A stretch of DNA of 64,000 nt from Prevotella sp. (lineage in GTDB: Bacteria > Bacteroidota > Bacteroidia > Bacteroidales > Bacteroidaceae): positions 1,463 through 65,462 of the forward strand of contig JAGPKZ010000004.1 in assembly GCA_018053665.1 (NCBI GenBank), read 5' to 3'. Below the pieces are notes generated by a model. It saw only the letters and a list, made by a program, of their open reading frames with translations, did no database searches and was not told where the DNA came from. Position numbers and translations under genes: made by a program. Each line of letters starts with the position of its first letter. Within the stretch, counting starts at the first letter, position 1. Below, piece after piece: positions 29,451-40,544 of this stretch.

Positions 29451-31100
29451 TTACTTTTTCTTTTCTGGAACTTCAAACTTATCTCCAGTAGCCTGAACTA
29501 GCTTACGAGCAAAAGATGCAGGATAACCAGGACGCTTAACTGTAGCACCAATACCTGTCTTAGTTCTGATAAACTCACCATTCTTAGTAGGTTTAACACA
29601 CATATCATTATACTTAACAATTAAGTAATATGCCAACTCATTCCATCTTGCAAGCATCTCCTGAGCTTTATCATTACTGTACTCATTAAGATACTTCAAA
29701 GCAGCGGTCTTATCATTAGCATATAACTCACGTGCCTTATTTTCAACGCTAGGCTGATTTGCAAAGTATGAACTTTCCAAACTATCACGAACAGACTTCA
29801 ACTCAGGGAACATGAGTGAATAACGTGGGTATATCATATTACTAACCCAATTGCAAACCCAAAAAGCATTCTTTGTTGAGAATGTAACGGCATCTGCACC
29901 TGGAGTGTTATAACATTCTGGCTGTACAGTGTTACCACAATATATTGGAGTATAAGCGATCATATTGCCATCGTCATTTCCAAACCATAACACACCACCA
30001 ATCTCACGAGGAAGCCATGAACGCATCTGACTAACATAAGTAAAACCAGTCTGCTGTGTACTTGTTGGGCGCTCATTAAAATAAGATTTTCCGTTTACCT
30101 TAAACATTAAAGGTGTCGGACGATAAGGCATTTCCCATACACCACCACCGAAATCTAAAGTGTCAGTAGCCAATGGAGTACCCTCATAATGGTCTCTCAT
30201 AGCCATTTGAACGTCCTTTACAGAAAGTTTCTTGTTTGGAACGACCCACAAAGGCATATCCTCAGCATTTTCATCCTTTCCTTCTGCCCATGGTAGATAA
30301 CGACTAAAACCATCAGTGAAATGATTGAAAAAAGCCCATACACGAGCATCACAGAAGCGACGACCAGAAAAATCAGGTTTAGCATAAGCCATCTTCCATG
30401 AGAAGTCAGCGTCCTTTCCAGTAAACCATCCTTTCTTTCTAGCATAAGCAACGACATTTTTACTAAACATTACATTCTTATGGTCGTTCATATTGAACTT
30501 GCCAATACGACTTTGGTTTGCGTGTGCACAAATAGCATTATCCGGTATGCGTTGCGCAACCCATACGGCACTCTTACTACCTGCTCCACAGCCCATCATC
30601 TCCATTATCCAAGCCTCGTTAGGATCACAAATCGTAAAGGTCTCGCCCTCACTATTATACCCATATTTCTCAGCAAGAGATGTCATCACTTTTATTGCTT
30701 CACGAGCACTACGTGAACGTTGAAGAGCTATGTATATAAGACTACCATAATCAATAATACCAGTAGAGTCAACCATTTCCTCACGTCCACCGTAAGTAGT
30801 TTCTCCAACAGTCACCTGAAACTCATTGATGTTTCCAATAACATTATATGTAATAGGAGCCTCTGGTATCTGTCCATGATAAGCCTTTGTATCCCAGTCA
30901 ATAATATCACGCATTGTTCCCTTTGAATGAACTCCAGCAGGATAATGCGCTAGATCAACAAACATACCGTAGTCATCAGCATTGTAAGAACATATAACAC
31001 TACCGTCTGCACTAGCTTTCTTTCCAACAATGAAATTAGTACATGCCATTGCAGCAGAGGCGGTCAAAATAAAAACCGCAATTAAAATCTGTTTCTTCAT
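29451..31100 (-). CDS. C69 family dipeptidase (Ntn-hydrolase)
   Basis: Signal peptide then catalytic Cys in ACTNFIVGKKASADGS; NEFQVTVGETT; HANQSRI. Confidence 0.9.
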   Translation of the reverse strand: MKKQILIAVFILTASAAMACTNFIVGKKASADGSVICSYNADDYGMFVDLAHYPAGVHSKGTMRDIIDWDTKAYHGQIPEAPITYNVIGNINEFQVTVGETTYGGREEMVDSTGIIDYGSLIYIALQRSRSAREAIKVMTSLAEKYGYNSEGETFTICDPNEAWIMEMMGCGAGSKSAVWVAQRIPDNAICAHANQSRIGKFNMNDHKNVMFSKNVVAYARKKGWFTGKDADFSWKMAYAKPDFSGRRFCDARVWAFFNHFTDGFSRYLPWAEGKDENAEDMPLWVVPNKKLSVKDVQMAMRDHYEGTPLATDTLDFGGGVWEMPYRPTPLMFKVNGKSYFNERPTSTQQTGFTYVSQMRSWLPREIGGVLWFGNDDGNMIAYTPIYCGNTVQPECYNTPGADAVTFSTKNAFWVCNWVSNMIYPRYSLMFPELKSVRDSLESSYFANQPSVENKARELYANDKTAALKYLNEYSNDKAQEMLARWNELAYYLIVKYNDMCVKPTKNGEFIRTKTGIGATVKRPGYPASFARKLVQATGDKFEVPEKKK

Positions 31101-31113
31101 AAACTCTAAATAT

Positions 31114-31962
31114 TTAACAAGCCTTGAAACTCATGTCAAGTCCCTTAACACTATGTGTAAGTGCACCAACACTTATAAAGTCAACACCTTGTTCAGCATA
31201 ACCACGTATAGTGTCGAAAGTAATACCACCGCTTGATTCAGTTTCCATTCTTCCTGCAACGAGGTCAACAGCCTTCTTTGTATCAGGAACACTAAAATTA
31301 TCAAACATTACGCGGTCTACCCCACCATGGTTGAGTACACGCTGTAGTTCATCAAAATTTCTTACCTCTATTTCAATCTTCAAATCAAGTCCCTTTTCCT
31401 TAAGATAAGTATGGCAACGATCAATCGCATTTTCTATGCCACCGGCAAAATCAACATGGTTGTCTTTAAGAAGTATCATATCGAAAAGCCCGATACGGTG
31501 ATTCATACCACCACCAATCTTAACTGCTTGCTTTTCAAGCATACGCAGTCCTGGTGTTGTCTTACGTGTATCAAGTACATGTGTTACTGTTCCTTCAAGT
31601 AACTTGACATATTTGTTAGTCATTGTGGCAATACCGCTCATACGCTGCATTATATTAAGCATCAGTCGCTCTGTCTGAAGCAAAGAACGAGTCTTACCAC
31701 TTACTATCATTGCAATATCACCAACCTTTACAGGAGTTCCATCTTTGATAAGAACCTCGACTGTCAGTGTAGGGTCAAACTTGGCAAAAACCTTTTTAGC
31801 CATTTCTACACCAGCCAATATACCGTTTTCCTTTATTAGCAAATGTGATTTACCAATTGCATCATCAGGAATACAGCACAATGTTGTATGGTCACCATCA
31901 CCGATATCCTCAGCAAAAGCCAATTCGATCAGTTTGTCTTCTAATTCGTCTACTGATAACAT
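31114..31962 (-). CDS. nadC: Nicotinate-nucleotide pyrophosphorylase (carboxylating)
   Basis: DTRKTTPGLR, HRIGLFD, LKDNH, SVGALTHS. Confidence 0.97.
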   Translation of the reverse strand: MLSVDELEDKLIELAFAEDIGDGDHTTLCCIPDDAIGKSHLLIKENGILAGVEMAKKVFAKFDPTLTVEVLIKDGTPVKVGDIAMIVSGKTRSLLQTERLMLNIMQRMSGIATMTNKYVKLLEGTVTHVLDTRKTTPGLRMLEKQAVKIGGGMNHRIGLFDMILLKDNHVDFAGGIENAIDRCHTYLKEKGLDLKIEIEVRNFDELQRVLNHGGVDRVMFDNFSVPDTKKAVDLVAGRMETESSGGITFDTIRGYAEQGVDFISVGALTHSVKGLDMSFKAC

Positions 31963-31984
31963 ATTATTTTAAATTTATATATTA

Positions 31985-32176
31985 TTATTTCTCTATAATC
32001 AACTTGTCATTAATGATCTCACAAGTTCCTCCAATCCATTCTGTCATTGGTACTTCATCTGTAAACTCATAGTAGTTTACTACCCTATCTCCAAGAACTT
32101 CAACTATAGCCTGATGCAAAACGACACCAGAGACTTTTAACTCATGAAAGCCCAATCGCCTTAGTTCATCTACCAT
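31985..32176 (-). CDS. Small hypothetical protein
   Basis: 63-aa ORF that fills the gap in a co-oriented operon (3 and 22 nt spacings). Confidence 0.65.
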   Translation of the reverse strand: MVDELRRLGFHELKVSGVVLHQAIVEVLGDRVVNYYEFTDEVPMTEWIGGTCEIINDKLIIEK

Positions 32177-32179
32177 TTT

Positions 32180-33163
32180 TTAGTTCAAAGCTTTAGGTGG
32201 AATTGGCATCTGTCGCTTCGGTTGCATACTCGGATCAGAGTTTGGTGGAACAGGAACACTTGATGGTGGCATAGGCTTTCCACTATTTGATTTCGCAGAA
32301 TCATTGCTAGAAGTCTTAATACTGTCACTATTAGTTCTATTAGCATTAGCATTCACCTTACTTTGATGCAATCTATACAACTTGATATTACTTATTATCA
32401 TAAGTTTAAGTGTAGTCGCATTATCTCCTGGATCCTGACTCTTGTTAAGCATGAAAAAGCCACGTACCTCCTTTATTCCAAGTTTTTTATCATCACGAAT
32501 TGACAAACTGAAATGACTTGCACTTGAAATGTGCATATTCTGTGTAGCAATACTATCATTACCAAACTTAACAGCCAATACTACAACTCCGTCACGCATA
32601 CCATCCTGAAAAATGAATTGTGTATCAAAATCAAGTATCATGTTATCTCCCTTATGAAATGTTGAGTCAGCAACCATTGAAAAAGAATTCAAGTTGAAAG
32701 GTTTCTGTGGTGTAAGTACCATCGCAGATTCACCATTCCACACATTTGCTGTATCACCAGTTGCAGTAACACTTCCAAATCGGTTTACTGCATTTACAGA
32801 AGCGCCAAGGGCAATAGCCTCGTCACCAAGTCGTTTACTTAAATCTTCATAAATATGCTTCAACTCTTCAGTATGTCGCATATAATAAACCATGGATGAG
32901 TCAAATTGCACTGAAGTATAGCCATACTTTTTTAATACACCCGCACGGTACTTTATTGTATTGACAGAATCATTACCCGAAATCTGAGCCATACCACTAG
33001 CCAGATGATAATCATAAAGAATATCACCCATCTTATCAGGTTGGATAAAATGTGAAGGTACAGATGGCTTACATGAAACCACTAAAAGTAATCCCATAAT
33101 CACAACAAGTGACCTTATTGTCATTTTAAGGATCTTACATCCATTGAGAGACGAAGATTTCAT
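32180..33163 (-). CDS. DUF4296 family lipoprotein
   Basis: VVSC lipobox, ILYDYHLA...FDSSMVYY; Pro-rich tail; start may be the ATG at 33124. Confidence 0.8.
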   Translation of the reverse strand: MKSSSLNGCKILKMTIRSLVVIMGLLLVVSCKPSVPSHFIQPDKMGDILYDYHLASGMAQISGNDSVNTIKYRAGVLKKYGYTSVQFDSSMVYYMRHTEELKHIYEDLSKRLGDEAIALGASVNAVNRFGSVTATGDTANVWNGESAMVLTPQKPFNLNSFSMVADSTFHKGDNMILDFDTQFIFQDGMRDGVVVLAVKFGNDSIATQNMHISSASHFSLSIRDDKKLGIKEVRGFFMLNKSQDPGDNATTLKLMIISNIKLYRLHQSKVNANANRTNSDSIKTSSNDSAKSNSGKPMPPSSVPVPPNSDPSMQPKRQMPIPPKALN

Positions 33164-33165
33164 AC

Positions 33166-33816
33166 TTATTTCTTTTTAAACGCTACCTTTACAGTATCAG
33201 AAATACCTTCCATATCTTTTCTGAAGAAAAGAAGTAACAGCACAACACCTACAGAAATGCAGGCATCAGCAAAGTTAAACACAGGGGAAAAGAAAATAAA
33301 TTCCTGCCCACCCTTGAAAGGTACCCAATCTGGATATGTTGTAACAATAAGAGGAAAATAAAACATATCAACAACCTTCCCTTGTAAGAATGATGCATAT
33401 CCACTACCAAAAGGCACAAGATATGATACATAAAACGGAGAAGATGCGTTAAATATTAGCCCATAAAACATAGAGTCAATAATGTTGCCAGCTGCACCTG
33501 CTAAAATCATAGACAATACAACTATATAACCAGTTGAATGTTTTTGTTTAAGGACCTGATGCATATACCAGCCTATACATCCAACAGCAATAATACGGAA
33601 CACACTCAACACCAATTTGTTGAAGAATGTCATACCATAAGCCATACCATTGTTCTCTATGAAGCTAATGTAAAACCAGTCCGTAACATGCACAGACTCA
33701 CCTAAACACATATTTGTTTTGACCTCTATCTTGATTATCTGGTCAATAACAAGTATTGCGATAATCAAGATAAACGCCAACAAACTATCTTTCGATAAAT
33801 AACTATTTTTTTTCAT
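33166..33816 (-). CDS. lspA: Lipoprotein signal peptidase
   Basis: ENNGMAYG, GAAGNIID, VVDM, FNFAD. Confidence 0.95.
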   Translation of the reverse strand: MKKNSYLSKDSLLAFILIIAILVIDQIIKIEVKTNMCLGESVHVTDWFYISFIENNGMAYGMTFFNKLVLSVFRIIAVGCIGWYMHQVLKQKHSTGYIVVLSMILAGAAGNIIDSMFYGLIFNASSPFYVSYLVPFGSGYASFLQGKVVDMFYFPLIVTTYPDWVPFKGGQEFIFFSPVFNFADACISVGVVLLLLFFRKDMEGISDTVKVAFKKK

Positions 33817-34196
33817 TTCTTTCTTGCATTCTTCGAAGCCACACTTAGAGTAGCGTGAGGCACAACGCGAAGACGTTCCTTTGGTATAAGTTCACCGGTG
33901 ATACGGTCTACACCATAAGTTTTGTTTTCAATACGCAACAGAGCTGCTTCCAGTCCTATAATGAACTTTTGCAAACGTTGAACCATTTGAATCATATCTT
34001 CCTTGCTCTGATTGGCGTTACCGTCATCCAGAACTTTATTATAAGTGGGAGACGTATCATCCACACCATTGTCATCTTTATTCATCAACTGGCGCATCGT
34101 AGAAGAATATTCTTCGTGAGCCACTTTCAATTTGTCATTGATAATTCCGCGGAACTCTTCTAAGTCCTCATCAGAATAACGTGTTTTCTTGTCCAT
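33813..34196 (-). CDS. TraR/DksA family transcription factor
   Basis: ALLRIENKTYG...IPKERLRVVPHATLS; ileS-dksA-lspA context. Confidence 0.88.
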   Translation of the reverse strand: MDKKTRYSDEDLEEFRGIINDKLKVAHEEYSSTMRQLMNKDDNGVDDTSPTYNKVLDDGNANQSKEDMIQMVQRLQKFIIGLEAALLRIENKTYGVDRITGELIPKERLRVVPHATLSVASKNARKK

Positions 34197-34225
34197 AGAT
34201 ATCAGTATTTTATTATATCTGTTTA

Positions 34226-37200
34226 TTAACTCTTTTCAACAGTGATGTTAAGTTTAAATTCATCGAATTCAGTTTCTGTACCATCATTGTCTGCAATCAT
34301 TATATCATTTGCCAATACTTGGCTCTTGATCATTTCACCGAAAGACTTAATAGCTGCATTTGTTTCATCGTGTGGAGCAACAGTAACCATAATCCTATCG
34401 GTAATTTCAAGCCCGTTTTCCTTACGAAGATTCTGAATACGATTGATAAGCTCACGAGCCATACCCTCCATCTTCAATTCTTCTGTAAGTTCTACCTCTA
34501 GAGCTACTGTAATGTTTCCTTCATTGCTTACCAACCATCCTGGTATATCCTCACTGATTATGTCGACATCTGTTACATCAACTGTAACTGTTTGTCCTTC
34601 AACATCAAAGGTTCTACTACCTGAAGTTTCAAGTAAAGCAATTTGTTTCTGGTCAAGTGCATCCATGTTAGCAGCCACTGCCTTCATCAACTTACCAAAC
34701 TTCTTACCCATAACACGGAAATTACACTTTACTTTCTTAACAAGAATACCCTGACCTTCAATAAACGTCAAATCCTTTACGTTAACCTCTGTCTTTATAA
34801 GGTCAGCGACAGCCTCAATATGCTGTTTTTGATTTTCATCAATGGCAGGTACCATTATTTGAGCAAGCGGTTGACGAACCTTTATATTAACTTTACGGCG
34901 CAAAGCCAAAGTCATTGAAGTAATCTTCTGTGCCATGCCCATACGTATCTCCAAGTCTGCATCAACAGCAGCTTTGTTTGCTACAGGGAATTTGTCCAAA
35001 TGAACACTTGTCAACTCTCCACCTAAGTCATGATACAACTCGTCAGCATAGAATGGTGTGAAAGGAGCAAGGAGTTTTGCAACAGTCATCAAACAAGTAT
35101 AAAGTGTCTGATATGCGCTCAACTTGTCTTCACTCATTTCCTTACCCCAGAAACGTTTGCGATTCAAACGAACATACCAGTTACTTAAATCGTCGTTAAC
35201 AAAAGCATCAATAAGTCGTCCGGCACGTGTAGGATCATAATTCTCAAGTTCAGTTTCCACACCATTGATAAGTGAGTTTACCTTAGATATAATCCATCTG
35301 TCAATCTCAGGACGCTTTGTCAACTCCACCTGAGGTGCTGTTGGATCAAAGTCATCTACATTGGCATACAATGCAAAGAAACTATATGTATTATATAATG
35401 TACCGAAGAACTTTCTGCGAATTTCGTCAACACCGTTTGGATCAAACTTCAGGTTATCCCAAGGCTCTGAGTTTGTCATCATATAGAATCTGACAGGATC
35501 AGTTCCATATTTATCAATCATATCAAAGGGATTAGTTACATTTCCAACATGCTTACTCATTTTATTGCCCTTTGCATCTAGCACAAGACCAGAAGAGATA
35601 ACATTCTTGAAAGCAACCTGATTAAATACCATTGTTGATATTGCGTGAAGTGTGAAGAACCATCCACGTGTCTGGTCTACACCCTCGTTTATAAAGTCTG
35701 CTGGATAGAAAGCTGGAGGAACAGGTGTTCCATCGTATGTCGACGTAACGAGTTCACGACGATATTCAGTCTCGCTCTTACCAGTATTTTTCAAACCGTC
35801 TTTGGCAATCTCACCCTCGAATGGATAGTGAAGCTGTGCATAAGGCATAGAACCAGAATCAAACCATACGTCAATCAAGTCGCTCTCGCGCTTCATTGGT
35901 TCACCTTCTTCATTTACAAGAATTATATTATCTACATAAGGACGATGAAGATCTACCTTATCGTAGTTTTCTTTAGAATAGTCACCAACAATAAATCCAT
36001 TATCCTTCAATGGGTTACTACTCATAACACCGGCAGCTACACTCTTCTCTATCTCATTATACAGTTCTTCAAGACTACCTATACACTTGGCGTTACGCTT
36101 TTCATCACGCCATATAGGAAGAGGTGTACCCCAGAAACGACTACGGCTCAAGTTCCAATCATTCAAGTTTTCCAACCAGTTACCAAAACGGCCTGTACCA
36201 GTACTCTCTGGTTGCCAACGTATAGTCTTGTTTAATTCAACCATACGTTCCTTTTTGGCAGTATCATTGATAAACCAACTATCAAGAGGATAATAAAGAA
36301 TAGGTTTGTCTGTACGCCAACAATGTGGATAGTTGTGTACATGCTTTTCTATTTTGAAAGCCGTTCCGTCCTGTTTCATTTCCATACAGATAATGACATT
36401 CAGGTCTTCTGCCTTTTCTGACGCTTTCTTATCCCATACGCCATCAGGATTGAATTTAGGGTCGTATGAATTCTTAACATAGTCGCCAGCATGCTTACCG
36501 TAGGCTTCCTTGTTTAAGCAAACCTGCACGAAATTAGCATCCAATTCATCTTCAACATAATACTTACCTTGAAGGTCTACCATTGGACGTGTCTCGCCTT
36601 TCTTATTAATAAGGTATAGAGCAGGTATCTTAGCATCTAATGCAACTTTTGCATCATCGGCACCGAATGTTGGAGCAATATGAACGATACCAGTACCGTC
36701 TTCTGTTGTAACATAGTCACCCAGAATAACTCTAAAGGCCTCGCTGTCCATCTCTACAAACCTATCACGTCCGTCCTCACTTGTGAACACCTTGTCAGCA
36801 TGCTTTTCAGCGTAATCGTTAACAAACTTTGCAGAGAAATCACCTATCTTCTCACACGGTTTCACCCAAGGCATCAACTGCATGTAATGTAAACCTTCCA
36901 AATCAGCACCTTTCATACGGTCAACAATACGCCAAGGGCATATTTTGTTTTCCTTGTCAAAAGCACCAAGTTCGCCTTCCTTAACTTCTTGTTCAGGGTT
37001 AAGGTATGCACTTATGCGACTTTCAGCCATAACAAGAGTCATTGGTTCTCCGTCGTATAAGTTATATGTCTCAATAGCTACATAATCAATCTTAGGACCA
37101 ACGCACAACGCCACATTAGACGCAAGAGTCCAAGGAGTTGTTGTCCACGCAATAAAATAAGGTTTTCCATGCTTAGTCCATTCAGCCTTAGGGTCTTTAA

Positions 37201-37861
37201 TCAGGAACTGTGCCGTTACTGTTGTGTCCTTAACATCACGATAACAGCCTGGCTGATTCAGTTCGTGACTTGACAGTCCAGTTCCTGCAGCTGGAGAATA
37301 TGGTTGAATTGTATATCCTTTATATAACAATCCCTTACCATATAGCTGTTTTAGCAACCACCATAAGGTTTCAATATATTTGTTATCGTAAGTGATATAA
37401 GGATGATCCAAATCAACGAAATATCCCATTTTTTCAGTCAGTTCACGCCATTCAGCAGTAAACATCATGACATTCTCACGACATTTTTTATTATAGTCTT
37501 CTGTTGATATATATTTATCAGAAGCCTTATTATCAATATCCTTTTTAGTAATACCTAATTCTTTCTCAACGCCAAGTTCCACAGGAAGTCCATGAGTATC
37601 CCAACCAGCCTTGCGGTGTACTTGAAATCCCTTCATGGTTTTATATCTGTTGAAAGTATCCTTTATAGAACGAGCCAACACATGATGAATGCCAGGATGT
37701 CCATTAGCCGAAGGAGGACCTTCGAAAAATATAAACTGCTGACAACCTTCACGCTCATCAATAGATTTATGGAAAATATCATTCTTCTCCCACTCTGCAA
37801 GCACATCATTATTGGTCTTTGTCAAATTCAGACCATTATGTTCGGCAAATCTCTTGGCCAT
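34226..37861 (-). CDS. ileS: Isoleucine--tRNA ligase, type 2
   Basis: EGPPSANGHPGIHH, GWDTHGLPVE, WTTTPWTL, WNLSRSRFWGTPLP, KMSKH; type-2 C-terminus (EGMARELINRIQNLRK). Confidence 0.97.
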   Translation of the reverse strand: MAKRFAEHNGLNLTKTNNDVLAEWEKNDIFHKSIDEREGCQQFIFFEGPPSANGHPGIHHVLARSIKDTFNRYKTMKGFQVHRKAGWDTHGLPVELGVEKELGITKKDIDNKASDKYISTEDYNKKCRENVMMFTAEWRELTEKMGYFVDLDHPYITYDNKYIETLWWLLKQLYGKGLLYKGYTIQPYSPAAGTGLSSHELNQPGCYRDVKDTTVTAQFLIKDPKAEWTKHGKPYFIAWTTTPWTLASNVALCVGPKIDYVAIETYNLYDGEPMTLVMAESRISAYLNPEQEVKEGELGAFDKENKICPWRIVDRMKGADLEGLHYMQLMPWVKPCEKIGDFSAKFVNDYAEKHADKVFTSEDGRDRFVEMDSEAFRVILGDYVTTEDGTGIVHIAPTFGADDAKVALDAKIPALYLINKKGETRPMVDLQGKYYVEDELDANFVQVCLNKEAYGKHAGDYVKNSYDPKFNPDGVWDKKASEKAEDLNVIICMEMKQDGTAFKIEKHVHNYPHCWRTDKPILYYPLDSWFINDTAKKERMVELNKTIRWQPESTGTGRFGNWLENLNDWNLSRSRFWGTPLPIWRDEKRNAKCIGSLEELYNEIEKSVAAGVMSSNPLKDNGFIVGDYSKENYDKVDLHRPYVDNIILVNEEGEPMKRESDLIDVWFDSGSMPYAQLHYPFEGEIAKDGLKNTGKSETEYRRELVTSTYDGTPVPPAFYPADFINEGVDQTRGWFFTLHAISTMVFNQVAFKNVISSGLVLDAKGNKMSKHVGNVTNPFDMIDKYGTDPVRFYMMTNSEPWDNLKFDPNGVDEIRRKFFGTLYNTYSFFALYANVDDFDPTAPQVELTKRPEIDRWIISKVNSLINGVETELENYDPTRAGRLIDAFVNDDLSNWYVRLNRKRFWGKEMSEDKLSAYQTLYTCLMTVAKLLAPFTPFYADELYHDLGGELTSVHLDKFPVANKAAVDADLEIRMGMAQKITSMTLALRRKVNIKVRQPLAQIMVPAIDENQKQHIEAVADLIKTEVNVKDLTFIEGQGILVKKVKCNFRVMGKKFGKLMKAVAANMDALDQKQIALLETSGSRTFDVEGQTVTVDVTDVDIISEDIPGWLVSNEGNITVALEVELTEELKMEGMARELINRIQNLRKENGLEITDRIMVTVAPHDETNAAIKSFGEMIKSQVLANDIMIADNDGTETEFDEFKLNITVEKS

Positions 37862-37903
37862 ATCTTAAAAACTTAATTTATTACGTGATAATTTTAATGA
37901 CCG

Positions 37904-37911
37904 CAAAGATA
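37904..37911 (-). promoter_or_regulatory. -7 promoter box (TATCTTTG) for the ileS operon
   Basis: Matches TAnnTTTG. Confidence 0.6.
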
Positions 37912-38015
37912 ATAAAAATTATTATCATACCCAAAAGACTTACATATTTTTTATAATAAGCACCTACAAGTTAAAAAATAACACATTAATATTTTGTTAA
38001 TTCCCAAATTCGCAG

Positions 38016-38023
38016 TACATTTG
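38016..38023 (+). promoter_or_regulatory. -7 promoter box (TACATTTG) for the transporter
   Basis: Matches TAnnTTTG. Confidence 0.6.
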
Positions 38024-38047
38024 CAGGCATTATTACACTAAATTTTT

Positions 38048-39742
38048 ATGGACTGGTTAATTAATCTTTTTACTTCTACCGACACAGTGGCTCACATAGC
38101 ATTACTTTATGCTCTTGTGATAGCAATTGGCGTGCTACTTGGCAAGGTAAAAGTTTGTGGCATATCGCTCGGAGTAACCTTTGTTCTCTTTGCTGGTATA
38201 TTAGCAGGCCACATTGGCTTCACTGCCCCGATAAACATTCTAACATTCCTTCAGGACTTCGGACTTATTTTGTTCGTATTCTGTATAGGTCTACAAGTTG
38301 GTCCGGGCTTCTTTGAGAGTTTCCGTAAGGGTGGTATTACACTCAACGCCCTCTCAGCAGTTATAATCTTGCTCAACATTGCAGTAATGTTCGGTTGTTA
38401 CTGGTTGTTCTTCGACAACAGTAACCCCAAGAATCTTCCAATGATGGTCGGTACTCTATATGGTGCTGTTACCAACACACCTGGACTTGGAGCTGCAAAC
38501 GAAGCTCTGAACAGTGTGTTCACCAAGGGCGATGTTCCCCAAATTGCGTCTGGTTACGCATGCGCCTACCCTCTTGGCGTGCTAGGTATCATCGGTGCGA
38601 CTATTGCAATTCGTTACATAACTCGCGTTAAGCTTAACACTGAAGAACACAAGCTAGATGATCAAGAAGCAGAGAATCCTCATGCAAAACCATATCAGAT
38701 GCATCTGAGAGTTACCAACAATTACATAGCTGGTCGCACATTACTTCAGATTTCAGAGTTTTTGAATCGTGATCTTATTTGCTCAAGACTTCTTCACGAC
38801 AACAATGTTACAATTCCTAAAAGCAATACAATATTCAATCTTGGAGACGAAGTTCTAGTTGTTTGTGCTGAAGCTGACGCAGAGGCTGTTCAGGCATTCA
38901 TCGGTCCAGAAATAGATACTCCATGGCACACTGAGGCTGAGGCTCAGCCACTAATCAGTAAGCGAATTGTTGTAACACGTTCTTCTATGAACGGCAAAAC
39001 CCTTGGCAAAATGCACTTCTCTAGTGTATATGGTGTCAACGTAACTCGTATCACCCGTCAGGGAATGGACTTATTTGCTAGTCGCGACTATCGTTTCCAA
39101 GTTGGAGACCGAATTATGGTTGTTGGTCCAGAGGACAATGTAAACCGTGTTGCAGAGGCAATGGGTAACAGTATCAAGCGTCTTGATGCACCAAATATTG
39201 CAACTATATTCATCGGAATAATTATCGGTATTCTTTTCGGAAGTATTCCTATTGCTCTTCCTGGCATGCCAGTTCCTTTGAAACTTGGTATTGCTGGTGG
39301 TCCGCTTATCATTGCCATCCTTATTGGTCGTTTCGGTTACAGATTCAAACTTGTTACCTACACAACGACTTCAGCAAACATGATGTTGCGTGAAATTGGT
39401 TTGGTATTATTCCTTGCTTCTGTAGGAATAAAAGCAGGTGCCAACTTCTGGGAAACAGTTGTTCAGGGAGACGGTTTGAAATATGTATATACAGGATTCC
39501 TGATTACAATAATTCCAATATTAATTGTCGGAACTATTGCCCGTCTGCGTTTCAAGTTTAATTACTTTACAATCATGGGTATGATTGCCGGTACTTATAC
39601 TGATCCTCCTGCATTAGCTTATGCAAACAGTGTATGCTCAAAAGAAGCTCCAGCTGTAGGTTACAGTACCGTTTATCCATTAAGTATGTTCTTGCGTATT
39701 TTCACCGCACAGTTAATTGTATTATTCTGTTGTGGAGGATAA
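38048..39742 (+). CDS. AspT/YidE/YbjL family transporter with TrkA-C domains
   Basis: Duplicated membrane domains ([12 protein letters not shown]; [11 protein letters not shown]) flanking two soluble RCK-C-like domains. Confidence 0.92.
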   Translation: MDWLINLFTSTDTVAHIALLYALVIAIGVLLGKVKVCGISLGVTFVLFAGILAGHIGFTAPINILTFLQDFGLILFVFCIGLQVGPGFFESFRKGGITLNALSAVIILLNIAVMFGCYWLFFDNSNPKNLPMMVGTLYGAVTNTPGLGAANEALNSVFTKGDVPQIASGYACAYPLGVLGIIGATIAIRYITRVKLNTEEHKLDDQEAENPHAKPYQMHLRVTNNYIAGRTLLQISEFLNRDLICSRLLHDNNVTIPKSNTIFNLGDEVLVVCAEADAEAVQAFIGPEIDTPWHTEAEAQPLISKRIVVTRSSMNGKTLGKMHFSSVYGVNVTRITRQGMDLFASRDYRFQVGDRIMVVGPEDNVNRVAEAMGNSIKRLDAPNIATIFIGIIIGILFGSIPIALPGMPVPLKLGIAGGPLIIAILIGRFGYRFKLVTYTTTSANMMLREIGLVLFLASVGIKAGANFWETVVQGDGLKYVYTGFLITIIPILIVGTIARLRFKFNYFTIMGMIAGTYTDPPALAYANSVCSKEAPAVGYSTVYPLSMFLRIFTAQLIVLFCCGG

Positions 39743-39770
39743 AAGACAAAACAAATAATTCTGTTATACT

Positions 39771-39805
39771 CAGCGTATATCTTTAAACAGATATACGCTG
39801 TTTTT
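39771..39805 (+). terminator. Intrinsic terminator
   Basis: CAGCGTATATCT-loop-AGATATACGCTG followed by TTTTT. Confidence 0.88.
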
Positions 39806-40000
39806 ATTTATGTGCATAAAGACATTACCCACATGATATATTTTCTTGAAAAGATATCAAAAGAACTTTCAATAAAAATCAAGGTAATTAAAAGATTAAT
39901 ATTCAATAGAGCAAGTATAGAAATACTTAGATCCGAACCCATTTAGGGAGGATACTTTCCTTTCTAAATTTTAAAAGATTCCAGAAAAAAAGAAAAATGA

Positions 40001-40101
40001 CCTACATTATATACATTTTTTACTTAAACACTTATTAATCAGTAGTTTATCTTATGTATACTAGTGCTTTATCCTACATCTTTCCTACATGCTTCCTACA
40101 T
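40001..40101 (-). repeat. Repeat module E: CCTACAT repeats around core TAAACACTTATTAATCAGTAGTTTA
   Basis: CCTACAT at 40001, 40073, 40084, 40095 (last three 11 bp apart); TATACAT at 40010; ATGTATA at 40054. Confidence 0.85.
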
Positions 40102-40477
40102 TATACGCACGTATTTGTACTCAAAACGATGGCATTTTATCAAATCGCAATACGATAATTGCTTTTTTGGTTCCGCCATTATTTCGCATCTTTGGTTACA
40201 AAGCAAATCGCAGTGATATCTTTCATAGAAATTGCAAATATAGAAATATCTTTTCTTTTTGTAAATAAAATTAACAAACAAAACTGATTTATACAGCATT
40301 TTGATATGCCAACCTTTTCAGTAAAGGATTTCAGAAACTATAATGATTATCAATAACAGCATTAAAAAATATATAGTGCTTCAGTAAGTATAGCTAAAAT
40401 GTTTATAACCAATTCCAATTATAGTCAAAATGCATGAAGTACAACAAAAATAAAATCACCTTTTTCCGTGCGCCATT

Positions 40478-40544
40478 GAGTGATTAGGGCCTAATCACTC
40501 CGTAAAGCATGTAGGACAACCGAGTGATTAGGCCCTAATCACTC
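40478..40544. repeat. Doublet of palindrome GAGTGATTAGG(G/C)CCTAATCACTC, 44-bp period
   Basis: Copies at 40478-40500 and 40522-40544. Confidence 0.95.

Noticed and set aside
40096-40299. 67-aa minus-strand ORF inside the second island
   Set aside because: No motif, AT-rich, and its end runs into the repeats; not credible as a transposase or Rep fragment.
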